The notes beneath the pieces were generated by a model. That model had not been told where the DNA came from. It did no database searches and saw nothing but the letters and a program-made list of their open reading frames with translations. This document shows positions 26,685-36,676 of a DNA stretch of 64,000 nucleotides, piece after piece; the first letter of the stretch is position 1, and each line of letters starts with the position of its first letter. Both the position numbers and the translations under genes were made by a program. The stretch comes from Marinilabiliales bacterium (GTDB lineage Bacteria; Bacteroidota; Bacteroidia; Bacteroidales; PUMT01): the NCBI GenBank assembly GCA_007695015.1, contig REEN01000063.1, forward strand, positions 37,302-101,301. The letters are read 5' to 3'.

Positions 26685-28364
26685 GTGAACAAATTTAGCA
26701 AATCATTTAAAAACCTGAGGTTATTGCCGGTATTTGCAACTATACTGATCATAACCGCAGGCCTGCTTACAGTATCGGCAACGCGGGATTTCCGCCTTGC
26801 ACGGAACATGGATATCTTTTTCTCAATGATCAGGGAAATCAGCATATTCTATGTTGATGAAACAGATCCCGAAGTGCTCATTGAAAGAGGTATTTCAGGA
26901 GTTCTTGATGGTCTGGATCCCTATACAACCTATATTCCTGAATCTGAAAAAGAGAACTTTGCCACCATGACCACCGGCAGGTACGGAGGTGTTGGCGCCC
27001 TGATCAGACAAGTGGGAGACCATGTTGTGATAATCGAACCATACGAGAATTTTCCTGCGCAGAAATCAGGTCTCAGGTCAGGAGATATAATTATTGAGAT
27101 TAACGGGGTATCTGTAAAAGGAAGGCTTGTAAATGAAGTAAGTGAAATGCTTAAGGGCCAGCCGGGAAGCAATATATCAATTACCGTAAAACGAGAATCT
27201 GAGAACAGCCTTGTTACAAAAGAACTGACCAGAGAGGAGATCAAGATAAACAATGTCACATGGGCAGGGACAGTAACTGATGGAGTCGGATATATCCAGC
27301 TTAACGGATTCACAGAAAATGCGCACCGGGAAGTGCGAGAAGCATTGGACAGATTAAAAAAAGAGAGTGAAATCACATCGCTCATTCTTGACGTACGAGG
27401 CAACCCGGGCGGATTGCTTATGGAGGCAGTCAGTGTCTCCAATCTTTTTGTGGATAAAGGAGAAGAGATAGTGAGCACAAAGGGAAAGGTAAGGCAATGG
27501 GATCAAACATACAGGGCCCGGAACAACCCCGCAGATACAGAAATCCCGCTGGTCGTGCTTACAGCACGCAGTTCAGCCTCGGCTGCCGAAATCGTTGCAG
27601 GCGCCATGCAGGATCTTGACAGAGGTGTTGTGGTAGGTCAGCGGACATTCGGTAAGGGACTTATCCAGACAACCCGTCAGCTCAGCTATGATGCTCAATT
27701 AAAGATCACAACAGCGAAATACTATACGCCCAGCGGAAGATCCATACAGGCAATGAATTTTTCAGACGATGGCGCTTCAGCTGCCATACCCGACTCACTT
27801 ATAAATGAATTCAGGACAAAAAACGGACGGGTTGTTTATGATGGTGGAGGGATAATGCCCGACATACTGATAGAAGAAGAGAGGCCATCTGCTATACTTG
27901 TAAATCTTTATACACAGAATCACATATTTAATTATGCAACTCTCTACGCATCAAGAAATCCGGAAATACCGTCTGCAAGGGATTTTGTTCTTTCTGATGA
28001 TGATTACCAGGATTTTTTGGAATACCTGGACCAGAACCGATTCGAATACCAGACGCAGACAGAAGCGAATTTCAGGCAACTTGTAAGCACAGCAAAACGG
28101 GAAAACTACTATGAACATTCTGAAAGCCTTTTTAATGAGCTTAAAGAAAGAATCAAGCTTGACAAAACCCGCGATTTTAAACTCTATCGCAAGGAAATAA
28201 AAAGATTGCTCGAAGAGGAAATTGTAAGCAGGTATTATTATCAGAAGGGGCGGGTTGAAGCAAGCCTAAAAGGTGATCCGTACATCGATAAAGCTTTGGA
28301 CATCCTGCAGAACAAACAGTTATACGACTCGATACTCGGGGGGTCTGTTGTTGCTTCCAGATAG
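26685..28364 (+). CDS. S41 family C-terminal processing peptidase
   Basis: GTG start. N-terminal TM or signal segment, PDZ domain (GLRSGDIIIEINGVSVKG), a catalytic Ser block (RSSASAAEIVAGAMQD) and a Lys block (TFGKGLIQ). Confidence 0.9.
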   Translation: MNKFSKSFKNLRLLPVFATILIITAGLLTVSATRDFRLARNMDIFFSMIREISIFYVDETDPEVLIERGISGVLDGLDPYTTYIPESEKENFATMTTGRYGGVGALIRQVGDHVVIIEPYENFPAQKSGLRSGDIIIEINGVSVKGRLVNEVSEMLKGQPGSNISITVKRESENSLVTKELTREEIKINNVTWAGTVTDGVGYIQLNGFTENAHREVREALDRLKKESEITSLILDVRGNPGGLLMEAVSVSNLFVDKGEEIVSTKGKVRQWDQTYRARNNPADTEIPLVVLTARSSASAAEIVAGAMQDLDRGVVVGQRTFGKGLIQTTRQLSYDAQLKITTAKYYTPSGRSIQAMNFSDDGASAAIPDSLINEFRTKNGRVVYDGGGIMPDILIEEERPSAILVNLYTQNHIFNYATLYASRNPEIPSARDFVLSDDDYQDFLEYLDQNRFEYQTQTEANFRQLVSTAKRENYYEHSESLFNELKERIKLDKTRDFKLYRKEIKRLLEEEIVSRYYYQKGRVEASLKGDPYIDKALDILQNKQLYDSILGGSVVASR

Positions 28365-28467
28365 TTCAGGGCTCAGGTTCAGCCTGCCCGCTGATGAAAA
28401 AGATGACATATTTACGGTCTACCCTCACACGGGGCTGTTAAATTGTTTCATAAATGCTTAAGCACCA

Positions 28468-28764
28468 TCAGTCGCAACAACGGTTAAGACAGTCTACTAT
28501 CTGCGTGAGATTCTGATGCTTCAGATAATAATAGGTATTCTTGCCTTCACGTTTTGAAGAGAGCACTCCTTTGTCTTTAAGAATACCCAGGTGATGTGAT
28601 GTTGTAGATTGCTCAATCTCGAGAAGCTCGTGTATTTGCGTGACAGTCAGTCTTTTGCCGTCCTCCAGGTATTTCAGGATTGCAATTCTCATCGGATGTG
28701 CAATAGCCTTAAGCATATTGGCAGCCTTTTCAAGCTTCTCGACATTTAATTCGCTTATTTGCAT
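28468..28764 (-). CDS. ArsR/SmtB family transcriptional regulator
   Basis: 98 aa with a winged HTH (HPMRIAILKYLEDGKRLTVTQIHELLEIEQSTTSHHLGILKDKGVL). There is no CVC metal site in helix 3, but a C-terminal CLNRCCD is present. Confidence 0.85.
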   Translation of the reverse strand: MQISELNVEKLEKAANMLKAIAHPMRIAILKYLEDGKRLTVTQIHELLEIEQSTTSHHLGILKDKGVLSSKREGKNTYYYLKHQNLTQIVDCLNRCCD

Positions 28765-28889
28765 GACATTATCATTTAAAGTTAAAGTGAAAGTTAAGAC
28801 CGGTTAAAGACAGCAGCGGTTAAGGGGGACCTGTTATTCACCGTTAATTAGTAATATGCAAATATATAAATACGTCTCATGTGGAAACA

Positions 28890-28901
28890 TGATAATTATC
28901 A
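28890..28901. promoter_or_regulatory. 12-bp perfect palindrome TGATAATTATCA (operator candidate, Fur-box-like half sites)
   Basis: It lies in the divergent arsR / polyprenyl synthase intergenic region, 70 nt upstream of the ATG at 28971 and 126 nt upstream of the arsR start. Confidence 0.2.
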
Positions 28902-28970
28902 GAATGACCTGCAATTGATCCGGCCCGCTATAGGGCCAATGATCCTTTAAATTGCTATTTTTACAGCAAA

Positions 28971-29951
28971 TTGATAACCATGAGCCTAACAAACATAATG
29001 GCACCGGTAAGCAGTGAAATGAAGGAATTCGAAAAATTCTTCAGATCAACTGTCAAAACAGATATTCCGCTGCTTGACCCTATCACGAACCATATCCTGA
29101 GGAGGAAGGGAAAGCAGCTTCGCCCGATGCTTGTACTTCTGTCGGCAAAGTTAACCGGCAAGCCAAACAAGTCAACTTTTACAGCCGCTGCAATGATAGA
29201 GTTACTGCATACGGCAACACTTATTCACGATGATGTTGTAGATGATTCTTATGAAAGAAGAGGCTTCTTTTCCCTTTATGCTATCTGGAAAACAAAGATT
29301 TCCGTTTTGGTGGGTGATTACCTTCTTTCACGGGGATTGCTCCTGGCGGTTGAGAACAAGGAATACCGTGTTCTTGAAATAATATCACAAGCCGTTAAGG
29401 AGATGAGTGAAGGGGAATTGTACCAGATAAAAAAATCCCGGAAACTTGATATTACAGAAAGTGAATATTTTGAGATCATAAGAAAAAAGACCGCAACACT
29501 TATGATCGCATGCACCGCTGCAGGAGCAAGTTCTGTCAACGCTCCCGGCAATGAGGTTGAAATGCTGCGTCAATATTCTGCACATGCGGGAATAGCCTTC
29601 CAGATAAAAGATGATCTCTTTGATTACCAGAAGAAGGGGATCACAGGGAAGCCTGCTGCAAATGACATAAAAGAGAAAAAATTAACGCTTCCCCTCATAC
29701 ACGCTTTATCCATTGCCCCGGGAAATGAAAAAAGAAAAATTATCAATCTTATCAGAAATAACAGGAACAATTCGCAGAAAATTGATAAAATCATAGATTT
29801 TGTGATCAGTAAAAACGGCATTGAATATGCGACGGCAATAATGGAAGAACACAAGGTCAAGGCAATTGAATCACTTATCAGCTTTCCTGATAATGAAGCC
29901 AAAAAGTCATTGACTGATCTTGCCATTTACATCACCGAACGAAAAAACTAG
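28971..29951 (+). CDS. polyprenyl diphosphate synthase (octaprenyl-type, IspB-like)
   Basis: First Asp-rich motif LIHDDVVDD and second motif QIKDDLFDY. The length and layout match trans-prenyltransferases. Confidence 0.9.
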   Translation: MITMSLTNIMAPVSSEMKEFEKFFRSTVKTDIPLLDPITNHILRRKGKQLRPMLVLLSAKLTGKPNKSTFTAAAMIELLHTATLIHDDVVDDSYERRGFFSLYAIWKTKISVLVGDYLLSRGLLLAVENKEYRVLEIISQAVKEMSEGELYQIKKSRKLDITESEYFEIIRKKTATLMIACTAAGASSVNAPGNEVEMLRQYSAHAGIAFQIKDDLFDYQKKGITGKPAANDIKEKKLTLPLIHALSIAPGNEKRKIINLIRNNRNNSQKIDKIIDFVISKNGIEYATAIMEEHKVKAIESLISFPDNEAKKSLTDLAIYITERKN

Positions 29952-30026
29952 CAAGAAAGAGGCAGTTATTCATTCCATATCTGCTTGATATTATGTATCA
30001 TACAATCTCGCACAGGATCTTTACTT

Positions 30027-31856
30027 TCACCCTTCTTCTCTATCTGTCATATATTCAGCTAGTTTACGTGCCCTTGCTTGTCCGATTACGGCCGATATCT
30101 CAACTTCTGAAGCAGCTGCGATGGCATCCCAGTTTTTGAAATGGTCATATAGTTTCTCTACTGTTCGCTTTCCAAGTCCGGGAACAGATTCAAGAACTGA
30201 TCTGGCAAATACCGATGAACGTTTCTGCCGGTGGAACATAAGGCTGAACCTGTGTGCCTCATTCCGAAGATGCTGTATAAGTCTGAGTGTCGAGGAGGTT
30301 TTGTCGAGATAAAGAGGAACAGGATCACCCGGAAAGAATATCTCCTCAAGTCTCTTGGCAATAGCAATTACCCTTATCTTTTCGTCTAACCCGATATTTC
30401 TCAGGGCAACCATTGCAGCGCCAAGCTGGGCCTTCCCTCCATCGATAACAACAAGATCCGGAAAATCTTTATCTTCATCCTTAAGGCGTCTGTAACGGCG
30501 TCCGACAACCTCAGACATTGAAGCATAATCGTCGGGGCCCTTCACGGTATTTATATTATAGTGACGGTATTCACCCTTGCTCGGACGGCCATTTCTGAAT
30601 ACCACACACGCAGAAACCGGACTGGTGCCCTGGATGTTTGAATTATCAAAACACTCGATATAAACAGGCATACGGTCAAGCCCCAGATCTTCCTTTGCCT
30701 GTTTCAGAATCCTTTCAGATGGCTCTTCCCTTTTCTGTTCAGACAATCTTCTCTCCTTTTCTTTGATATAAAGTCCGGCATTCCTGGTTGAAAGATCAAG
30801 CAGTTTTTTTTTATCTCCCTTTCGGGGAATTGTAAACTTCACACCCGGGAATCCGGCATTCACAGGAAATGGTGTTATAACCTCACGTGCAGGAGTGAAT
30901 TGTCCGCTCCTGATCTCAGCCATTACCAGCGCCAGCAGATCAGCCTTATCCTCACCAAACACTTTCCTGATCTCAATTGTACGTGACTGGACAACCGCGC
31001 CATCAACAACCTTGAGGAAGTTTGAAACTGCAATATTACCAGCATCTATAAAAGAAAAGACATCCAGATCACGCATTGCCGGATTGACTACGGTTGATTT
31101 GCTCTGGTACTTTTCAATAACATCAAGTTTTTCCTTGATCAGCTGCGCGTCTTCAAAAGCGTGGGATCCGGCAAGTAATCTCATGCGTTTCATAAGAAAC
31201 TCCCTTACGCCCCTGATGTTTCCTTTAAGTATATCTCTTATCTGCGAAATATTCCGTTCATAATCTGCTGCTTGCTGTTTGCCTTCGCAAGGCCCCAAAC
31301 AGTTACCAATATGAAATTCCAGGCAAACCCTGAATTTCCCCGATTTTATATTTACTTCAGACAAATTGTAATTACATGTTCTGAGGGGGTATAACTGCCT
31401 GATCATTTCAAGAACAGTTCTTACCATATGTAAAGAGGTATATGGCCCGAACCAGTCAGATCCGTCTCTTACAGGATTGCGTGTAGAAAATACCCGCGGA
31501 AAGGACTCGTTTTTTATACATATATATGGATAAGATTTATCATCTTTTAAAAGAACATTATATCTTGGTTTATACTCTTTTATCAGGTTATTTTCGAGAA
31601 GAAGGGCATCTGATTCTGAATCTACCACAATGTGGTCGATCGAACGGATTTGCTTGACAAGCACACGCAGCTTATTATTGTCGAATTGCTTTCTGGAAAA
31701 GTAAGACCCTACCCGTTTTTTAAGATTTTTTGCCTTCCCGGCGTATATAACCTTCCCATTTGAATCTCTGAAAAGATAAACACCCGGTAGTGCAGGCAAA
31801 TTGGCTGCAGTCTTGATCAGCTGTTTTTTTTCAGGGTTGTCCATAAAATTCAACAT
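30027..31856 (-). CDS. uvrC: excinuclease ABC subunit C
   Basis: GIY-YIG N-terminus (PGVYLFRDSNGKVIYAGKAKNLKKRV), a UVR domain, and a C-terminal endonuclease with HhH (VPGLGKRTVEKL). Confidence 0.95.
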   Translation of the reverse strand: MLNFMDNPEKKQLIKTAANLPALPGVYLFRDSNGKVIYAGKAKNLKKRVGSYFSRKQFDNNKLRVLVKQIRSIDHIVVDSESDALLLENNLIKEYKPRYNVLLKDDKSYPYICIKNESFPRVFSTRNPVRDGSDWFGPYTSLHMVRTVLEMIRQLYPLRTCNYNLSEVNIKSGKFRVCLEFHIGNCLGPCEGKQQAADYERNISQIRDILKGNIRGVREFLMKRMRLLAGSHAFEDAQLIKEKLDVIEKYQSKSTVVNPAMRDLDVFSFIDAGNIAVSNFLKVVDGAVVQSRTIEIRKVFGEDKADLLALVMAEIRSGQFTPAREVITPFPVNAGFPGVKFTIPRKGDKKKLLDLSTRNAGLYIKEKERRLSEQKREEPSERILKQAKEDLGLDRMPVYIECFDNSNIQGTSPVSACVVFRNGRPSKGEYRHYNINTVKGPDDYASMSEVVGRRYRRLKDEDKDFPDLVVIDGGKAQLGAAMVALRNIGLDEKIRVIAIAKRLEEIFFPGDPVPLYLDKTSSTLRLIQHLRNEAHRFSLMFHRQKRSSVFARSVLESVPGLGKRTVEKLYDHFKNWDAIAAASEVEISAVIGQARARKLAEYMTDREEG

Positions 31857-33488
31857 TCAGGTATCGCAAAACAGATCAGTATAAGAGAACTCAGACACAT
31901 CGAAAAGTCCCTTGTCACTGATTTTTAGCTCTGGTATAACCAGCAGGGCCATAAATGATAACGTCATAAAAGGTGATTTAAGAGTTGAACCCATTTCCTT
32001 AGCAAACCTCTCTACAGACCTGTATTTTTCAGATACATCGGAACCATAGGAATTAGTCATCAAACCACCAACCTCGAGACTTAATTCTTCACTCCGTCCG
32101 TCGGCTAAAGCAACCAGACCTCCCCGCATATCAATGATTCTGTTTATGGCTGCAGCAATCTCTTCATCGCTTGCTCCAACAGCAATAATGTTATGACTGT
32201 CATGGGAAACAGATCCTGCAATAGCTCCTCTATTCAGACCAAATCCCCTGATGAAGGCAGCCGCCGGAGGAATATCCCTGTACCTGTTAACAACAACTAT
32301 TTTACATATATCTTTTTCAGGATCAGCAGCTGCTATTCCCTCAATTAAATTTGCTCTTTCAATACACGACCCGGTAAACAGCTGGCCGTCGAAGGCCGTT
32401 ATCACTTTTATATTCCCACCCCTGGCCACAACTTTCAGATCATCAATGTCAATATGCCTTTTACGAAACGGAAAATCAATATTAATCTCAGATGCATTGA
32501 AATTAACCCTTCCATCACTATACACAAGCTCACCATTAATCCAGCTATCAGATACAATAAAATCCTCAAGACTATTAATAGCTATCATATCGGCCGGGTC
32601 ACCTACCCTTAGCAATCCTACCGGTAAACCATAATGAAAGACCGGATTGACTGTTGCCGCCCGCAGCATCCTGAAAAGGTCAATCCCCTTTTTGACACCC
32701 CGGCTAACAATCTTATTTATATGTCCTTCCATTAGATCATCCGGATGCATGTCATCCGAACACATCATAACTGATCCTGGAAATTCATCAAACAATCTGC
32801 TAAAAACATCAAACCCTCTGGCAGCACTGCCTTCCCTTACCTGTATAATCATCCCGGCCCTGATTTTCTCTACAGCTTCTTCATACGTCAGACATTCATG
32901 ATCAGTACTGATACCAGCCTTAATATATTTTTTCAGTTGTTTACCCCTTAGTCCGGGAGCATGACCATCAACAGGTTTATTCAAACTATGGGAGGCCCCT
33001 ATTTTACTTAAAACTTCGGGGTCTTCATTCAAAACACCGGGAAAATTCATAACCTCAGAAAGAAACCAAATATCCCTTCGTTTAAGAAGATCGGAGACAC
33101 TCTGTGAATTAAGAATTGCACCCGAAGTTTCAAACCCGGTTGCAGGTACACATGAAGGAGCGCCGAAAAAGAATTTTAAAGGTACAGTTTCACTGTTCCT
33201 GATCATGAAGTCTATCCCATCTTTTCCAGCAACATTGGCTATCTCATGAGGATCAGAAACCACCCCTACAGTTCCGTGCTTAACAGCAAGACAAGCGAAT
33301 TGCGCGGGGGTTAGCATTGAACTTTCAATATGAATGTGAGAATCTACAAATCCAGGCATCAAATACCGATCGTAATTTTTCGAGGTGCCATTAATACCAA
33401 TGATTTTCCCGCCTGCAATTATGATTTCTGCAGGATAAATCTTTTCATTCAACACATCTACAATATTCCCTTCGATTTTTTTATCCAT
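31857..33488 (-). CDS. ade: adenine deaminase
   Basis: Amidohydrolase metal motif PGFVDSHIHIESSMLTP. The 543-aa length matches AdeC-type adenine deaminases. Its stop abuts the uvrC start. Confidence 0.88.
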   Translation of the reverse strand: MDKKIEGNIVDVLNEKIYPAEIIIAGGKIIGINGTSKNYDRYLMPGFVDSHIHIESSMLTPAQFACLAVKHGTVGVVSDPHEIANVAGKDGIDFMIRNSETVPLKFFFGAPSCVPATGFETSGAILNSQSVSDLLKRRDIWFLSEVMNFPGVLNEDPEVLSKIGASHSLNKPVDGHAPGLRGKQLKKYIKAGISTDHECLTYEEAVEKIRAGMIIQVREGSAARGFDVFSRLFDEFPGSVMMCSDDMHPDDLMEGHINKIVSRGVKKGIDLFRMLRAATVNPVFHYGLPVGLLRVGDPADMIAINSLEDFIVSDSWINGELVYSDGRVNFNASEINIDFPFRKRHIDIDDLKVVARGGNIKVITAFDGQLFTGSCIERANLIEGIAAADPEKDICKIVVVNRYRDIPPAAAFIRGFGLNRGAIAGSVSHDSHNIIAVGASDEEIAAAINRIIDMRGGLVALADGRSEELSLEVGGLMTNSYGSDVSEKYRSVERFAKEMGSTLKSPFMTLSFMALLVIPELKISDKGLFDVSEFSYTDLFCDT

Positions 33489-33518
33489 TCAGAAGTAATT
33501 ATTAATCTTTTTTCAGAT

Positions 33519-33534
33519 TGTTCCACGTGGAACA
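33519..33534. promoter_or_regulatory. perfect 16-bp palindrome TGTTCCACGTGGAACA
   Basis: It sits in the 73-nt mnmG-ade spacer, 27 nt after the mnmG stop and 31 nt before the ade ATG. It is near-identical to the site at 35626-35643. Confidence 0.5.
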
Positions 33535-33561
33535 TAAAATTGCATAACAAAACAATAGCAT

Positions 33562-35439
33562 TTACCTCCCAAGATAAACAAGAAGCACGCTTATGTCGGC
33601 CGGCGACACACCGCTGATTCTTGAAGCCTGACCTATAGTAACAGGTTTTACTTTTTTCAATTTTTCACGGCCTTCATGAGAAATAGATTTCAGACTGTCA
33701 TAATCAATATTATCATTTATCTTAATATTTTCAAGACGGCTGATTTTACCAGCGATCATCTTCTCTCTCTCAAGATAACCCCTATATTTAATACTAATCT
33801 CAGTACTCTCTATAATATCACTATGGTACAAATCGTTTGAAACGATATATTCTTTAAATTCAGGTACATAATCAATGAGCTCTCTTAAGCTTACCTGGGG
33901 CCTAAGTAAAACATTGTTCAGTTTTACCTTTTGCTTCAACGGACTGGTGCCTTTCATCTCAAGCAATTCATTAATGACTTCAGGTCGACAGCTAAAGGAT
34001 TCAAGAAAATTATTAATCTTCTCCTTTTTGCCAGTTTTACGCTGAAGCGCCATCATTCTATCCTCTCCGGCCAACCCCATATCATATGAGATTGGAGAAA
34101 GCCTCTCGTCAGCATTATCCTGTCTTAGCAGCAGGCGAAATTCGGCTCTCGAGGTAAACATTCTGTATGGCTCATCAACGCCTTTTGTAATAAGATCATC
34201 AATAAGAACACCGATATACGCAACATCCCTTCCCAAAATAAACGATTTCTTTCCCTGAATCTTTAAGTGTGCATTTATGCCGGCAATTATTCCCTGACCG
34301 GCAGCCTCTTCATAACCAGTTGTCCCATTTATCTGGCCGGCAAAATAGAGATTCTCAACGATCTTAGTCTCCAATGTGGGTCTTAATTGCACAGGTGGAT
34401 AATAGTCATATTCGATTGCATACCCCGGCCTGTATATTTTAACATTCTCAAGTCCCTTAACAAACCTTAATGCTGATAACTGAACATCTAAAGGCAATGA
34501 AGATGAGAAACCGTTAATATAGTACTCGTTGGTATCGTAACCTTCAGGCTCAAGAAAAAGTTGATGTCTTTCCCTTCCGGAAAATGTAACAATCTTGTCT
34601 TCAATACTCGGACAATATCGTGGTCCGGTTCCCCTGATCCTCCCGGTGAAAAGAGGGCTTTTATCAAACCCTTCAGCAAGTCTTTCATGCACCTCACTGT
34701 TCGTATAGGCAATATAGCAGGGTAATTGCTTCTGAATTGGCCTACTACTATCAATAAACGAAAATTTTGAAGGGTTCTCATCTCCATCCTGCCTCTCAAG
34801 CTGATCAAAATCGACACTCCGGCCATCAACCCTGGGAGGCGTTCCGGTTTTCATTCTTCCTGTATTGAAGCCATGCCCAAGCAATACAGAAGTAATTCCT
34901 TCGGATGCAGGTTCTGACGCGCGCCCACCCCCGATTTTTACATCTCCAATGTGCATTAATCCGTTGCCGAATGTTCCGGTTGTTAAAATAACGGCGTCGC
35001 TATAAAAAAAACTTCCATATTTAGTCCTGACACCTTTTGCCGATTTACCGACAACCAGTAATTCCGTTACAGAATCTTGCCATAAATCAAGATTCGGCAA
35101 TGATTCCAATATTTTTCGCCACTCAATTGAATACCCGGTCCTGTCACATTGGGCCCTGGGACTCCACATTGCAGGGCCCTTGCTTCTGTTCAGCATCCTG
35201 AATTGTATGGTAGTACGGTCGGTTACAATACCGGTATATCCTCCAAGTGCATCTATCTCCCTAACTATCTGCCCTTTAGCTATGCCGCCAATTGCGGGAT
35301 TGCAACTCATGTGTGCAAACTTTCCCATATCCATGGTAATCAGTAAAACCCTGCTTCCCATATTTGCCGCAGAGGCAGCAGCTTCACAACCAGCATGGCC
35401 CCCACCAACAACAATTACATCATAATATTCACTGTGCAT
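33562..35439 (-). CDS. mnmG: tRNA uridine-5-carboxymethylaminomethyl modification enzyme MnmG
   Basis: FAD motif [16 protein letters not shown] and a conserved body ([11 protein letters not shown]). The ORF track start at 35454 is a TTG; the first ATG at 35439 gives the usual short N-terminus. Confidence 0.95.
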   Translation of the reverse strand: MHSEYYDVIVVGGGHAGCEAAASAANMGSRVLLITMDMGKFAHMSCNPAIGGIAKGQIVREIDALGGYTGIVTDRTTIQFRMLNRSKGPAMWSPRAQCDRTGYSIEWRKILESLPNLDLWQDSVTELLVVGKSAKGVRTKYGSFFYSDAVILTTGTFGNGLMHIGDVKIGGGRASEPASEGITSVLLGHGFNTGRMKTGTPPRVDGRSVDFDQLERQDGDENPSKFSFIDSSRPIQKQLPCYIAYTNSEVHERLAEGFDKSPLFTGRIRGTGPRYCPSIEDKIVTFSGRERHQLFLEPEGYDTNEYYINGFSSSLPLDVQLSALRFVKGLENVKIYRPGYAIEYDYYPPVQLRPTLETKIVENLYFAGQINGTTGYEEAAGQGIIAGINAHLKIQGKKSFILGRDVAYIGVLIDDLITKGVDEPYRMFTSRAEFRLLLRQDNADERLSPISYDMGLAGEDRMMALQRKTGKKEKINNFLESFSCRPEVINELLEMKGTSPLKQKVKLNNVLLRPQVSLRELIDYVPEFKEYIVSNDLYHSDIIESTEISIKYRGYLEREKMIAGKISRLENIKINDNIDYDSLKSISHEGREKLKKVKPVTIGQASRISGVSPADISVLLVYLGR

Positions 35440-35486
35440 ATATCCCTGTAACAATGTTATAGACCAAAGGCACCCTGTTCAGTTGT

Positions 35487-35494
35487 CAAAATTA
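35487..35494 (-). promoter_or_regulatory. Bacteroidota -7 promoter-like motif (TAnnTTTG) upstream of mnmG
   Basis: The minus strand reads TAATTTTG, 48 nt upstream of the mnmG ATG at 35439. Confidence 0.3.
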
Positions 35495-35625
35495 ATAAAA
35501 TTTAATCTAAATAATAAAAAGGGCTGATCCTCCGACCCTGGTTATAAAAAACAACAGACCAGCTAATTATGTTCCCGGGGAGTTTTTAATTCATATACAT
35601 CAAAATTCCAAATGAGGTTATCATA

Positions 35626-35643
35626 ATGTTCCACATGGAACAT
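35626..35643. promoter_or_regulatory. 18-bp palindrome ATGTTCCA-CA-TGGAACAT
   Basis: It has 8-bp perfect arms around the centre CA. It lies 33 nt after the ybeY stop. It shares TGTTCCAC[G/A]TGGAACA with the site at 33519-33534. Confidence 0.5.
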
Positions 35644-35676
35644 TACAAATCATTATTATTTAAAATTAAAGAATCT

Positions 35677-36108
35677 CTATATAAGCCCCTGGAAGCAGGC
35701 CTTATCAAGATAATATGTCTCTTTCTCTCGCATAATCAGGCGATTTTTATCGTCATTATCATTGTATCCGATTATATGCAGAATGCCATGAGCAATAATC
35801 CTGCACAGTTCACGATAAAAACCTTCGCCATACATCTCTGAATTCTCCTTTACCCTGTCAATACTGATAATAACATCACCGCTAATAATATTGCCTTCAC
35901 GGTAGTCAAAAGTAATTACATCGGTATAATAATCCTTATCAAGATATTGCATATTAAGAGAAAGCAAATATTCATCTGTAGTGAATACCACTGACAGATC
36001 ACCCTCTTCGAATCCTTCATTAACAATCAGATAATTAATCCATTGTTTGAGGCTTCTGTTCCCCGGGGGTTCGAAATCTGCTTCGTGCGAGGTAATATAA
36101 ACCGGCAA
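35677..36108 (-). CDS. ybeY: rRNA maturation RNase YbeY
   Basis: 143 aa with the metal-binding motif HGILHIIGYND (H-x3-H-x3-G-Y). Confidence 0.9.
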   Translation of the reverse strand: MPVYITSHEADFEPPGNRSLKQWINYLIVNEGFEEGDLSVVFTTDEYLLSLNMQYLDKDYYTDVITFDYREGNIISGDVIISIDRVKENSEMYGEGFYRELCRIIAHGILHIIGYNDNDDKNRLIMREKETYYLDKACFQGLI

Positions 36109-36121
36109 TTTTATTTATTAG

Positions 36122-36517
36122 CTATAGATTGAAGACCATTTCAGAGACTCGCCCGTCATCATGAAAAGTAATTTCATCTGACAACTGCTTCATAAGAAAA
36201 ATACCTCTTCCATTAACGTTTTCAATATTCTCAGGGGAAGTTGGATCAGGGACATTCTCAAAATCAAATCCCGGGCCTTCATCCCGGGTAATAACAGTCA
36301 TTCGTTTATTATTTATACTGAAAGTTACATCAACTTTTTTTGTAGGATCAAGCTTATTCCCGTGAGAAATTGCATTATTAACCGCTTCGAGGCAGGCAAT
36401 AAGAATATTGCCGTAGATTTCCGTAGCAATATCAAATTCTGCTGAGATCTCGTCGATGACTCGTTCTACTTCACGGAGATTATCAATTTTAGAATACAAG
36501 TTTAATTTCTTCTCCAT
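36122..36517 (-). CDS. RsbW/SpoIIAB-like anti-sigma regulatory Ser/Thr kinase (HATPase_c_2)
   Basis: 131 aa with an N-box-like segment (LEAVNNAISHGN) and G-boxes (DEGPGFD, NGRGIFLM). No STAS-domain partner is adjacent. Confidence 0.75.
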   Translation of the reverse strand: MEKKLNLYSKIDNLREVERVIDEISAEFDIATEIYGNILIACLEAVNNAISHGNKLDPTKKVDVTFSINNKRMTVITRDEGPGFDFENVPDPTSPENIENVNGRGIFLMKQLSDEITFHDDGRVSEMVFNL

Positions 36518-36676
36518 ATGGTACTAAATTAAACTGCAATGGTTCAGTGTGCAATAATTCATACATGCCACAATTATATTGACATCTGCATTTGTTAAAT
36601 GCAATATCTTTAATATACTGTCTGAACGCCTTAATTGTTACAAAAAAGTGCGGATATTTACGGATAACATTATTTT

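Noticed and set aside
33489-33561. Purine riboswitch upstream of adenine deaminase
   Set aside because: The 73-nt spacer lacks the conserved purine-riboswitch junction sequences and three-way junction pairing. It contains only the single palindrome.
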